NCBI RefSeq assembly: GCF_030028105.1
Contig: NC_092379.1
Coordinates: forward strand, 28,947,821-29,011,820
DNA length: 64,000 bases
Source: Mobula birostris
Lineage: Eukaryota
Direction: 5' to 3'
Positions 37,693-49,899 of this stretch are shown in pieces. Position 1 is the first letter of the stretch. Each line of letters begins with the position of its first letter. The notes under the pieces are model-generated. The model saw only the letters and a list, made by a program, of their open reading frames with translations. It searched no databases and had not been told where the DNA came from. A program made the translations under genes and the position numbers.

Positions 37693-40246
37693 GGTGTCTA
37701 ATCTTTGTCTCGATCGAACGGCAGAGTTATTCCAGGACGTAATTAACACTCAACAGATATAGTGGTGTGAGATCATTTCAGCACTAACTTCACTTTGTAC
37801 AAGGCCCGGAGCGTTTCCCTGGTTAAAGATTCACTGACATGAAGAACCGAAACCTTTCCGAGCACCGAACAGAATCAGCTTCGTTTCCACTCGCCATTCT
37901 GCTCGTTTCTCCGTTCGTTCAAGGGCTCATGCGCACCACCCCACCTCCCCTCTCGCGCGGGCGCGTGCTTTCTCTCTCTCTCTTCCCCTCCCTCTCTCTC
38001 TCCCCCTCCCCCCCTCTCTCTCCCTCTCTCTCTCTCTCTCGATACCAATGGGAGAGATGGAGACATTACTGCCGATTCCCAGTTGGGCATATCGGTATAA
38101 AAAGAATGCTTAATACTGACTGTAACATCGAAATAGTGAGAGCTGATTCCTCTCTCGCTTTTGAACGAGCCATATCAGTTTCTCATTTATTAGTGAGCGA
38201 GAGAGAGAGAATGCCTGTGAAACGATGAAATGTTGCAGTAAACAGCCAGCTTTTGTTGTACTGTAGACCAAGCCACTCTTTGTGTTTGCGGTTGTTTCGA
38301 TGGTGGTTGGTGATGGAAATGCTGATGCTATATGCTAGAATAAGTGAGAGATGCAGAAGCTGGTCAGGTTAATGCTGCTTGTCGCTGATTGTGCGAGGGA
38401 TGTGGCAGGGGACTTTTAAGTTCTTATCTTTTTTCTGATATTGATGCTTCGTGTTTTTGTTCTGTTTTAAGGATGTCTGTGGAGATTGTAAATTTCAGGC
38501 TGTGTATTTTGTACCTCTCTGATTTTAAGCGAAACCATTGAAACAAGCTGGGCATTCGTTTCGCTGTACCCTGGTACATCTGACAACAACAAATATATAA
38601 AATACATAAACTAGTTTGATGTAACTGCGAGAGTCTGCAAAGTGAAGGAATATATCAGGCTGTCTTTCATTAGTTCATTAAACATGGGTTGATCAGGAAA
38701 GTGGCGGTAGGGGTGGACTGCAGAGTGCCTATCATGACACCCTGGCGATATCTGGTGTCATGTCCCAGAGATTCGGTTCAATTCCGACCTTCCGATGCTG
38801 TCAGCGGATACTTACGTGCTTAGTTTCCACGATTCCCGAGTTGCTATGTTTTCCACTGCCCGAAAAAGGCGCTTTGGGTTGCACGTGCTCGTGGTCGGGG
38901 ATCAGTGAATGTACATGTTAAGAGGAATTTGCGAAATTGGACAGATAAATCAGTTGACAATAAGACCATTAGATATAGGAACTGAAGTAGGCCATTTGGC
39001 TTGTCGAGTCAGCTCCGCCATTTCAAAGGAGAAGATGTCGTGATGGAATTATTGATACACTAAGCATATAATTAAAAAGAGATTTTCAAAAAGTCGAAAT
39101 ATACCTTTGGAAACAGATGCTATCAGTTTGTGCTCCTTCGACAGTAACCGGACGTTCTCAGTGTTTGTCTCTTCCATCGGTGGGAAAACACAAATTTCTC
39201 AAAACGAGTTCCCATGAAACAACAATAGACTATTCCCACTTGCAAGAGTATTAAACTGTAGCATGAAATTGAATCATATCTTGGTATGACCTATCTCTTT
39301 ATTTCCTGCCTGTGCTGCATTTTGATACGTCTGTTACAGTTTATTTTTTTATCCTTTTATTGTTTTACTTTGTACTACCTCGATAAGATGTGCAGTGAAT
39401 TCACCTGTATAAACAGAATCAATGCAATAAAGCGACAATCATCAACAAATTCAGTTTTCAATTTAGATATGTAGCAAAATGCTACACGTGGAGATAACAT
39501 CGGATCCGTTAAATCGGATTGGGAAACCAGATTATACAAGCAATCAATCTGTTGTAATCCCATTCCCTCTCTCTTCCTTCGCTCGCTTTTATACTGAAAA
39601 TGCCTTGAAAAATATGAATCTCGGGGTAGTATGCGGTCACGTATATGTACTTTAATCATGAATTTAATTCAAACATTGAACCTTTTTTCTCACAGCTTGG
39701 GAATGCAACGACCAAAATAGTATCTGCATTCTCCAACACGCTAAGCATCCGCAGGTTCTGCCGAATTATCTAAATACTCAGTATAGATCATAAGAGGCTG
39801 CTGCAACATCCTTAATTTTAGTAGCATGTCACTTGCAATTATTTGTCAATTCAAAAACGACCAATTTTCACACCCTCTGTTTTCCTTTAGTCAGCCATTG
39901 TGCTATTTAAATAAATCCCGGTTCCACCCCGTCCTCATTATTTCACACTGCAGATACTTGAACAAGGTGACCAAAGACGATGTCAAACAAGGCTGTCAAT
40001 CGTGATATGCCGTTGCTGCAAAAGATGGTGGGTCATTGCACATTCCGGTATCCCAGAAAGTTATAAAGCTCAGTTTGTATCCGCGTTGTAAACAGGAACT
40101 GCTCCTTTAGCCTCGGCGCCTTCTGCTGCTGAATGCAGCGCTCTTAATTAGGGCACGTGACTGTGACTGATTTCTGGGTGCGCCCTCTGCAGATTCCTCG
40201 GAAAAAGGTGCCCTCCACTGAGACCTTTTTGCAATATACAGAACCA

Positions 40247-40285
40247 GTTTTTTGCACGGACCCGCCGTCCCCATATAACAGTGTG
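40247..40285 (-). other. 23-RSS of V segment A6
   Basis: CACACTG (40279-40285), 23-bp spacer, GCAAAAAAC (40247-40255). Confidence 0.9.
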
Positions 40286-40687
40286 GCACTCGTTGCACAG
40301 AGATACATGGCAGAGTCCGACACAAGAGCTTCACGGATATTCAATTGAGACGTCTTGCTGCCTTTCTCTGAAGTAGCGGTAATCCTCTCTGAATACCGCT
40401 GCGTTCCTCCTGTGCTATATAACTTCAGCAAATAATATGGAGGTCCTCCACTATGTTGAATGTACCAAAAGATATAATCATCAGCATTGGTGTAACTACA
40501 GTTCAGTGTTATGTTCCGTCCTTCCTCAATCGTCACTGAATCTTTCCCACTCGTTCCTGCAAAAAAGGACAGAACACATCAACAACGCTGGTTTGTATTG
40601 AATGCCGGACAAACTCGCTAGCCAGCTTCGCTGAGACTCACCAGGCAGCACAGCCAATACAATCAGCAATGAACAGAGGGAAATCAT
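40286..40687 (-). CDS. TRAV: TCR alpha/delta-type V segment A6, open frame with in-frame 21-nt FR1 deletion (leader 40642-40687, V exon 40286-40556)
   Basis: MISLCSLLIVLAVLP-G; GTSGKDSVT^IEEGRNITLNC..FWYIQH..DSAMYLCATSA; lacks QAPPDVT relative to A4. Confidence 0.8.
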
Positions 40688-41369
40688 GGTGTCTAATTTC
40701 TGGCTGAATCGAACGGCAGATACCTTCCAGGGCGTTATTATCACAACAGATATTGTGGTAGTAGATTGCGTCAGCGATGCCTTTCACCTTGTGTAAAACC
40801 GGAGATGTTTCTCTGGTTAAAAAATTGGCTGACGGAAATAAACGAGCCTTCCTGAGCACCAATCAGAAGCCGCTTTGTATCCATTCGTTAGTTTGCGTGA
40901 TACTCTCTCTCTCTGTCTCTCTCTCTCTCTCTGTCTCTCTCTCTCTCTCAATATGTTTCAATCGTCCTGTATTGAACTACTTATTCAAATGTCAGCAAGA
41001 GTTCATCTAGATATTTCCTAATCTTTATTTGCTGCCGGAGTGCCAATTTCTTATTTACACCAATAGACTCCTGACAGCACTTTCTGTGTAGCCATCACTT
41101 TCTTCGTAAAAAATATCTCACCTCTGGCATTTCCCTTGTAATGTCTTCCATTCGCCTCAAGATATCATCCTCTCGCATGAGTAATTTCCACCCTCTGGTC
41201 AAAGCGCTAGTTGTCCACTTTATTATGCCCCTTATCATATCATACACAGCTATTAAGTTACCCCTTACCTTCCGTCGTTCCAAAAAGAAACGTCGTTGCT
41301 CCCAGAAACTAAAATGTCCCATGTAACATCAATGCTTTTGCGGATGTGTAACTCAATTTCAACATTACG

Positions 41370-41519
41370 AAAACACGAGGAATTCTGCAGATGCTGGAAA
41401 TTCAAGCAACACACATCAAAGTTGCTGGTGAACACAGCAGGCCAGGCAGCAGGACTATACCTCTTCCTAGAGATGCTGCCTGGCCTGCTGCGTTCACCAG
41501 CAACTTTGATGTGTGTTGC
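41370..41519. mobile_element. 150-bp PLE-derived palindromic insertion with 12-bp TSD
   Basis: 48-bp inverted arms 41404-41451 and 41474-41521 (1 mismatch); TSD TTCAACATTAYG at 41358-41369 and 41520-41531; empty site in the paralog at ~23675. Confidence 0.85.
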
Positions 41520-41959
41520 TTCAACATTATGATTCGTTCTCCTTTAAACGTCGATGAAGAGAGATAAATCTTTCCCAGACGATTCTGAAAAAGAGGGAAA
41601 AAATGACTGAACACTCAATGCCCCCATTGCACATGCGAGACACCAGCTGACTATTTGTGCAAAGATACGCCGGGCAGCATAACCCATATTGTCGGCAAGG
41701 ATCTGGAATCACATAGTGTCTACTTTCCGGCGAGATCTCAGCCAGGTTACATTCAAGAACCTAATACCACAGACTGGCGAAAATTATGTCAGATACGCCA
41801 CACACTTCACTTCGTGAGAAACCTCCGTTGTTGCAAGGGGGCGTTTAAGCAGCCGACCCAAATGCAAGACACAGACACCGAAGTATTAGGAACTGGACTA
41901 AGATTATCAACAATGCAAGGGAAGTCGGGAAGCAGGATTGATGGGAGGGTAATCCAGAA

Positions 41960-42560
41960 AAGAGCAGAGCGTAAGCGGGAATAAGCGTAGCTGGACACGG
42001 ACACAGGCCCTGGACTAGACTAGGACTCAGGGCCTGGGATAAGACTTGGACTAGGAGCACAGGACCCGTACGTGGAACTTGGAACAAGGAGCCCGGTCTA
42101 GGAACTTGGAACTCCGGAACCAGAGTCTGGATAGGGACTCGGAAATGGGTCTCGACTGAACACGAAGAGACAGAACTCGACTCACGGTAGCGGCAGACAG
42201 CTGGACCTACCGAGCGAAGGCGAGGACACGAAGAGAAAAGACCGCACAACAATAGACTGTTCCTTATATTGACAAGACAAGGCTCCAGTGTCACTCCGGC
42301 AGGTTAACTTGACGGGGATTCTGACAAAGACACAGACGAGGTTACAGACGAGGTTACAGACGAAGTCACGGACGAAGGTTGCTGACAACGTTTCAGTGCA
42401 GGTTTCACATGAGGTTACAGACGAGTTTACAGAGGAGGTACATACGAGGTTACAGACGAGGTAACTCACGGGGTTCTGAAGGGAACAGTCCAGCCACTAT
42501 CACGGGACTAAAGAGCTATTTATGTTGTCAGCCAGAGACGAGAATCGGGTGTCTCAGTTA
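41960..42560. mobile_element. Paralog of the 24150-25900 repeat-rich element without nested insertions
   Basis: Shared flanks and internal motifs; contains short ACGAGGTTACAG-like repeats at ~42335-42465. Confidence 0.5.
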
Positions 42561-43304
42561 AGGCCCCCGACGGAACAAGGGAAAAACGGAATAATTGCAG
42601 TACTGAATCCATGAACCGGACCGTGAACCGGAATGTGCACTTCACGGACTGGACCGTGACATCCATAAATTGCTCTGCAAAATGGGAGCTGAACCGGGGA
42701 AGTGAGAACTGAGCCTATTTAGCCAGCGATCTGAATGGCACCACGAAACTGTCAGTTTCTTAATAATTTACTCTAATTCTAATGCATTTGGCGATCTCAC
42801 ACCTCCGTCCTTAGTTGTACTTTAAATGACACTTCATTTCTAGCAATGGATCTCCGTCCTTGGTTCGTCTTTTGTGACTCTCTTAAATTTTCGTCGCCGT
42901 GGCTGTTAATAGTGTCAACCTGAAATTTATCTCCATCAGAAGGATTTACATGACAGCTTAGCCTATGCTGTCTACTCACATGCACCCTCAGTATCTCCAG
43001 GTTGCACTCATCTTTACTGTTAATCGCGCAATCTGTCAAAAATTATGTCCAGCTAAATGCTAACCACACCGTATTGTTATAGGCAACAGACACACAATAT
43101 TGTTATGGACACTGAGATATAGTGAAAAATGTTTCGGAAAAATGCCACATTAATCCGAGGTAAAACTGAACTCAAGAAGTGTTCCTCAATGTTTTGCGCA
43201 TTTTGCTGCTGAATGCAGCATTTTAAATCGACTATGAGATCCTTATGCTTTGTGCGTGCGGCTGTTCCCGTCTCCCAGCTAAGGCGCCCTCTAGTGATCA
43301 CGAG

Positions 43305-43764
43305 TCCGGTCCCGCTGTATCCCTGCAATTCTGCAGAGTGCGTTGCACAGTGCTATACACCGGAGTCTGGGACCAGAACTCCAGATATATATAAATGAAC
43401 TCACTCTGCCACTGTGTATATCAGCTGAAAATCTCACCGAACATTCGGGAGGTTGTTCCAGTGTTCCTGAGCCATATACCTTCAGCATTTATTTTTCGAG
43501 ATATTCCGCGATGCTGAGCGTATCAAAAATATTTGCATTAGTTCTTGAGTAATTGCGGTTTAGTGTTCTGAGCTGACTTCCGTCAGCGTTAATTTGGTAG
43601 CATGCTAGATCACTGAACCTTTCTCTCTCGTTTCCGCATTAAAGGACAAAATGCACTAATATCCCTGACTTGCACTGAACTCACGTGGCACTCTCTGGTC
43701 ATATGTGCAGCGTCCTGCCTGTCAGGATGACGAATGTAATGAATACGAAACAAAGGGAGCACAT
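43305..43764 (-). pseudogene. V pseudogene, family B (B4)
   Basis: Leader 43719-43764 with donor GC and acceptor GG; DSGV*HCAT; heptamer decayed to TGCAGAA; paralog of B3. Confidence 0.85.
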
Positions 43765-45296
43765 TCTTCTGACCTCCGCCTCGATAGGACGGCAGATATC
43801 TTCCAAGAAATTATCACTATGGTAGATGTTAGGGAGTACAATCGTATCAAAATTAGATTTCACAGTATCCTGCTCAATGATTCGTAGATAAAACGGAGCC
43901 GAGGCTCTATGAACACGAAAAAGAAAATCCGATTTCGTTGATTTCCGCCCTCTTCCTTTTTCCCCCCGCACTATAAATATTTCTCCCCATCTCTCTCTCT
44001 TTTCCCTCCTCTCTCTTAACTTCCTGTCTCTCCATCTATCTATTTATCTATCTTTCTCTCTTTCTCGCTCTTTCTCTCTATCTCTCTTTCTCACTCTCTT
44101 GCTCTCTCCCCACCTTCTTCTCTCTCTCGCTCTCCTTCCGAACATTAATTTCTATTTATCCAACTCTTTTGCTTGCTCCGTGAATTCACTCTCTCCTCCT
44201 TTGCCTCTGCTCTCTCCCTTCTCACACTATGTCACCCCACGCTAACCAGCGTATTACTGAGTCATCCACCATGTCATGACTTTCTACTGGCCCTGCGATC
44301 TATCTTATCGATAACCTTTTAAGTCATTGACGAAATACCTTTCAATCTATCAGCATCCCGCTAGATATTCCTTGTCAATGGCACAACAAATATTTACTCC
44401 CTAATATTTTTCCCTAAGTGAGCCAATTCCCTATCGATAGCAATAAACTCAATTGAGAATTTATTTTCTGCAGTTGCCTTCGGCCGCATATCTTAATGAC
44501 TCCTTTCTCAGAATGTAAACATCCTATAAGTCCTGGTCACCGTATACCATGAAGGAAATCTTGCGAAGAGTTCAATATCGTGACCGCGTATTGTAGGCAA
44601 CAAGGGGAAATGAATTTTCAGATGTCTCAAAATATTTTAATTTCTTATTTGTACCTACAAACTGAATTCAGGCCTGGACGCCTGCGATCCTGAGAGCTGC
44701 CAGATTAAGGCGAACGAGTGACCCTCCTTCGTCTTTGCGTAAACTCTTGATTCGCTCTCTAGTCAGCGCTCTGTACACCAGATAGCGACTGTATTTTCGT
44801 GTCGATTTTTCCCCTTTAACGGTGCGTGCTGCATGGCAGAAAGATACAAAGCAGAGTCCGACGCAAGAGCCTCGGTGATGTATCACTGAACCAGCTTCGA
44901 TCATTTCGCAAAGCAGTGGTAAACAGCAAAACATCATTCAACAATATGTTGGAGTGCGGAAAAGAGACAGAGTTCATGCTATGAATACAAGCTTATCATC
45001 AGCAAAACAAATGAACGTGTCATTGACTTCAGAATGAGAGAGGGCGAGCGAAAATAACCAATAACATTTTCAGTTTCAGCACGTAGGCGCCATGCCCAAG
45101 GAAGCTCAAAAATGTCATCAAGGCCTCAGTAGGCAAAATAAAATTCGTATGTCCCCATTGACCCGGACTAAGCTTTTGATGAGCCCTATAGAATGCATCA
45201 TTTCCAGGCGCATCATGGCTTGAATGGCAAATGTTCTGCACGTGACTGCAAGAAATTCGGCCGAGTTATAGACACAAACTAGCATATTACTTATAG

Positions 45297-45453
45297 ACGC
45301 AAACAACAGGAATTCTGCAGATGCTGGAAATTCAAGCAACACACATAAAAGTTGCTGGTGAACGCAGCAGGCCAGGCAGCATCTCTAGGAAGAGGTGCAG
45401 TCGACGTTTCAGGCCGAGACCCTTCGTCAGGACTAACCAGCAACTTTTATGAG
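45297..45453 (-). mobile_element. Short PLE pLTR insertion with 11-bp TSD
   Basis: TSD ATTACTTATAG at 45286-45296 and 45454-45464; empty site in the paralog at ~32705; short inverted end CCAGCAACTTTTATG. Confidence 0.85.
45398..45435 (-). ncRNA. Minimal type I hammerhead ribozyme motif (PLE-associated)
   Basis: TAGTC-CTGACGA-AGG GTCTCGG CCT-GAAAC-GTC-GACTG: intact core, GUC cleavage triplet, palindromic ACGT stem III. Confidence 0.75.
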
Positions 45454-46279
45454 ATTACTTATAGCACATGAATTCTGCCTGCACTCTTGCTGAATCAGTG
45501 AAACACCAGGCCCATTCAAAATATTACCCATTCTGGACATTCGTTCATTTCTCCCCTCCGATCCAGCAACAGATATAGAAACATCAGAGTCAACCTCTAA
45601 AATTCTATTAAAAGACAACTGCATAGTTCCCTTGTAAGAAAAGTTGAACACTTAACGTCACAAACTAAATCAAAGGAAATTCACCATTTCGTTACCTTGC
45701 ACAGCATTTTCTTTGCAGTTGCTTAACTGTATTGCCAATTCTGTTGTTGACTCAGTTTGCACAGATTCAATGCAAAATGCAATGATTTGATGTCTGTAAA
45801 GATATGCAAGGCAGTAGTTTCACTGTACCTCGGTGGATTAGTCACTCTCTAAGCAAAGCCTAAACCAGTTGATCAGTCTATTTGAGTAAGCACGGTGAGT
45901 CAAGAAATTAAGCCGGCATTATTTACAGTACAAGATGCAGGGTCAGCGAGTAAACGTGATGGTGGCCGTGTTCGGAACTGTGTTTTATTTGTCGCCGTGC
46001 TAAATGCTGCCCCTGATATCTCCAGGAACCCTGCCTCAGTTCGACCACTGAAGCTGTCTGAAGGTATGTCTTGACGTGCCCATTTATCTCGCTTCCTCCG
46101 GCATCCGAAAGAGCATAAGATATAGGGACGGAAATACGTCATTCAGCCCATCGAGTCTACTCTGTCATTCAATCATGGGCTGATCCAATTCATCCATTCA
46201 TCGCCATTCCTCTGCATTCTCTCCATACCCTTTGATGTCCAGGCTAATCAATAACCTATCTATCTCTGCCTAAACCCAA

Positions 46280-47930
46280 AGCTTGTGAGAGGCGCCGGAT
46301 CCTTATGGGTTGAGTTAAGAAACTGCAAGTGTTAAGGAACCCTGCTGGCAGCTATATACAAGCCTCCCGACAGTATGTGGAATGTGGAGCACAGATTACA
46401 AGAGGAAATAGAAAAGGTGTTCCAAAAGGGTAATGTTATGATAGTCATGGGAGATGTCAACATGCAGGTTGATTGGGAAAGTCAGGTTAGATATGGATCT
46501 CAAGACAGTGAGTTTGTTGATTCCCTATGGAACGACATTTTAGACCAGATTTTCCATCACCCTACAGTGCGATGAGTTGTACAGGATTGGGTATTGTGCA
46601 ATAAACTGGAGATAATTAGTGACCCTAGGATGAAAGACCAATTTCAAGGCTGTGATCCAAATATGATTGAGTTAACTTAAAATTTGCCAGTGAGAAAGTA
46701 AGCTATTTTCAGCACAGTAAAGGAAATTTCAGTAGTATGAGTGGGGAGTTGGCCAACGAATTCAGAATGCAGGAATTGAAAGGACAGGATGAAAGGAAGG
46801 ACAACAGACCAGTAAGGGCGTGAACTTTTGGGGAAAATGAGAAAGGTGCCCGATAGCAGTATCCAAAAAATGAGGAAATACGCAGATGGAAAAGTAGTTA
46901 AACCGTAGCTGACAAGGGGAGTCAAAGCTAATGTAAAAACAGAAGAGCGAGTATACAACTAAGCAAAAATTAGTAGCAAGACAGAGGATTAAGAACCTTT
47001 CAAAACTCTATATAAAAACAAGAATCACGAGGAGGAAAAAGATGGTATATGAGCGCAAGCTGGCAAACAATATCAAAGTGGATTTTTTTGCAAGAATGTA
47101 AAAAAATATATAAAAGAGAGATGAGAGTGCATATCGAAAGCAAGAAAATGTAGCCGATGAAATAATGCTGGGGGACAAGTTGATGGCAGAGGAACGATAT
47201 GAGAATTTCGCATCAGGATTCACTGTGGAAGATCCGCGCAGCGGGTCGGACATCGAAGGTTGCAAGGGAAGACATGTTGGTGCAATTACAGTTACAAGAG
47301 TGAAGGTCCTGAAAACACTGAAGGACAGAAGAGTATATAAGTCATCCGATCCACGTGAAATGCACCCTTACGCCCTGAAAGTGGAAGCGGTAGAGATTGC
47401 GGAGGCATTAGTAATGATTTTTCAAAGTCATTGTCAATGATATAGATGATGGACTAGATGGCTGTGTTGCCAAGTTTGTAGATGATACAAAGATTGATGG
47501 AAGGATAAGTCGTTTTGAAGAAACATGCAGGCTGAAGAAGGACAGAAAGATGAGGAGAATGGCAAGAGAGTGGCAGACGAAGTACAATGCACCAAACCGC
47601 ATGCCATGCACATTGGTATAAGAAATAAATGTGCAAATTATTTTGTAAGCGGGGAAAAAATCCAAAAATCTACGATGCAAAGAGACTTGGAGTATCCAAG
47701 TGCCGAACACCCTGACGGTTAACTTGCAGATAGAGTCGGTGGTGAGGAAGGAAAATACAATGTTAGCATTCATTTCAAGATGTCCGGGATACAGGGGCAG
47801 AGACGTAATGCAAAGGATTTAGAAAATACGGGAGGCCTCACATTGAGCATTCCGAACGGTTTTGGGTCCCTATTCTAAGAAAGATGTACTGGCATTTGAA
47901 AGGGTTCAGAGGACATTCACATGGATGACA
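46280..47930 (+). mobile_element. Degenerate, internally deleted CR1 ORF2
   Basis: VMIVMGDVNMQVDW (EN), KSSDPREMHP.ALK..AVEIAEAL, VAKFVDDTKI (RT), HIEHSERFW.PILRKDVLA. Confidence 0.75.
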
Positions 47931-48116
47931 CAGCCATTCCTGCAAGCAAAGCAGCTGTCCAACTAACTAAACAATGTAGTCAGTAATTTCTCCCCTTTCC
48001 CCTGTAGTTCCGCCTTCTTAAGTCAATCACGTGACAGCGGTGGATCTGTGTTTGCGCCCCGGCTGTTTTCCGTCAAAGGGCTCCCTCCAGCGAGCGCTCA
48101 CTGCATCACGGAGGTC

Positions 48117-48155
48117 GGATTTTATCCAGAGCCGTCATCGCCTTGCAACACTGTG
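48117..48155 (-). other. 23-RSS of divergent V segment
   Basis: Canonical heptamer CACAGTG (48149-48155), 23-bp spacer, nonamer ATAAAATCC (48117-48125). Confidence 0.9.
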
Positions 48156-48578
48156 AGAATCATGGCACAAAAATAAACGGCGGAGTCCGACGAAACAGCA
48201 CCAGTGATGTTCAAATGGGCTGCCTTGATGCCACGCTGCCAACCAGCTGTAAACCTCGCTGGATTCCGTTCCATCGTGCCAGTACTATATACCGTCAGCA
48301 AATATCTTGGAGATTCCACGCGATACTGAACGTACCAAACGATAGAGTTAGGATTGCCAGTGTAATTACAGTTCAGTGTTACAATTTGTTCTTCAGCAAT
48401 CGTTAATTCAAGAGGCCATTGCGTCACCGCATCTTTCCCATTTGTTCCTGCAATAAAAGGACAGAATGCATGAACAGATCGGGCTTTCACGCACATACGG
48501 AACAAATATAGGCCGTTACCGCGGAGGCTCGCCGGGCATCATAGTCAATATAATCATTAGATAGTACAGAGAATTCAT
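48156..48578 (-). CDS. TRAV: Divergent TCR alpha/delta-type V segment, open V exon, non-canonical GC donor (leader 48533-48578, V exon 48156-48447)
   Basis: MNSLYYLMIILTMMP-G|GCGAGC; GTNGKDAVTQWPLELTIAEEQIVTLNC..IVWYVQY..DSAVYFCAMIL; functionality depends on GC-AG splicing. Confidence 0.75.
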
Positions 48579-49329
48579 GGCGTCTGGATTCAACTCGATC
48601 GAAAGAGAGCTTACTTTCAACAAGCTAATATATTTGTTCGATATTGAAGAGTAAAATTAGATCTGCAGCATATTTCAGCAGGCGTAAATCTGGGGGCGTT
48701 GCCTTTCCAGTGGATTGATTGGCTGTTGGCATCGATCTGCCCCTGTCCGAGCACCAATCACAGATCGGTTTGTTTCAGTTCCTCGATATGCTTTTATAAA
48801 TCCGACGCTTGGAGCTGTAAATAGCGTCGCGCTAACCACTAGGCAAAAGTGATTTTACTTCACATTCTCTCCTGCATTCTTCCTTCAGTCAGGGTCCCAT
48901 CCCTATTTCTTTCTCCTCCCGATGTTTATCTCTCTACTCTCTGTTCTAACGATCACCATCTCTCGTTCTCTTACTTCTTCATTTCTCTTACGGCTCCCCG
49001 GGTTATCCACTTTGTCATTCCATCATACCAAACCGCCCACATTCTCCCCCCATTTTGCTCACCATATCAACCGCCCACCGCTTTCCCTGGATATCACTTC
49101 TTCTGCCCACTCGCAAACCCCAATTCACACTCAGACGCATTTATTGTCACATTTCTCCCCTCCGGCACGTGGGCGAAATAAGGCAGACAATAAGAAAAAA
49201 CGTCTTCTCTCGGAGGAAGGGAGATGTGCTTAGTGTGCTAGCCTCTTGGCTCTCTACGCTTCAGCCTTCTCTCTCCAGGAATGTTCTTGTCGCTTGAATC
49301 TTGTGGACGGATGTGAGTTCGATTAAGAA

Positions 49330-49450
49330 TTTGCAGATGCTGAAAATCCAACGCAACTCAAAAAACACTGGATGAAGTCAGCAGGTCAGGCAGAACCTGG
49401 AGAAAATGGAAATAGTCGACGTTTCGGGCCGAGACCTTCTTTAGGACTAA
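49330..49450 (-). mobile_element. PLE pLTR remnant with degenerate hammerhead (49413-49449)
   Basis: TAGTC-CTAAAGA-..-GAAACGTC-GACTA; core G mutated. Confidence 0.65.
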
Positions 49451-49899
49451 GTGTAAGGATGGAGTTGCATAAATTAAAATGTGAAGAAACATTAAAGAAA
49501 CTGACTGAAAGGCGATAGGGGAAACCAGGTAACTGGGAAAAGGCCAAGGGCTACAGAAAAAAGAAATTGTTGATCTTATTAAGGCATGATCTTATTTAAT
49601 TGCGGAGTAGATATGACGGGTCAAATGGCATACTCCTAGTCTTATTTCTTATGGTCTTACTTTCTGCCCTTCCACGGTCATTAATTTGCTCACATCCTGA
49701 GTTATCGAAATTACCCTACTCGTATCTGTAACAATCGGAGAGCGTGACTGGTGCCGAATCATAATGACGGTGTAGAACACGCGCAAACTGATGAAGAAGA
49801 AATTAACCAGGCAGAGCAGCCATTAAAATCAGCAACAACCACGGGGATGATAGGGTGTGGGCATTAACATCAAAAATAGGATTTTATCAAATTGTCAGC

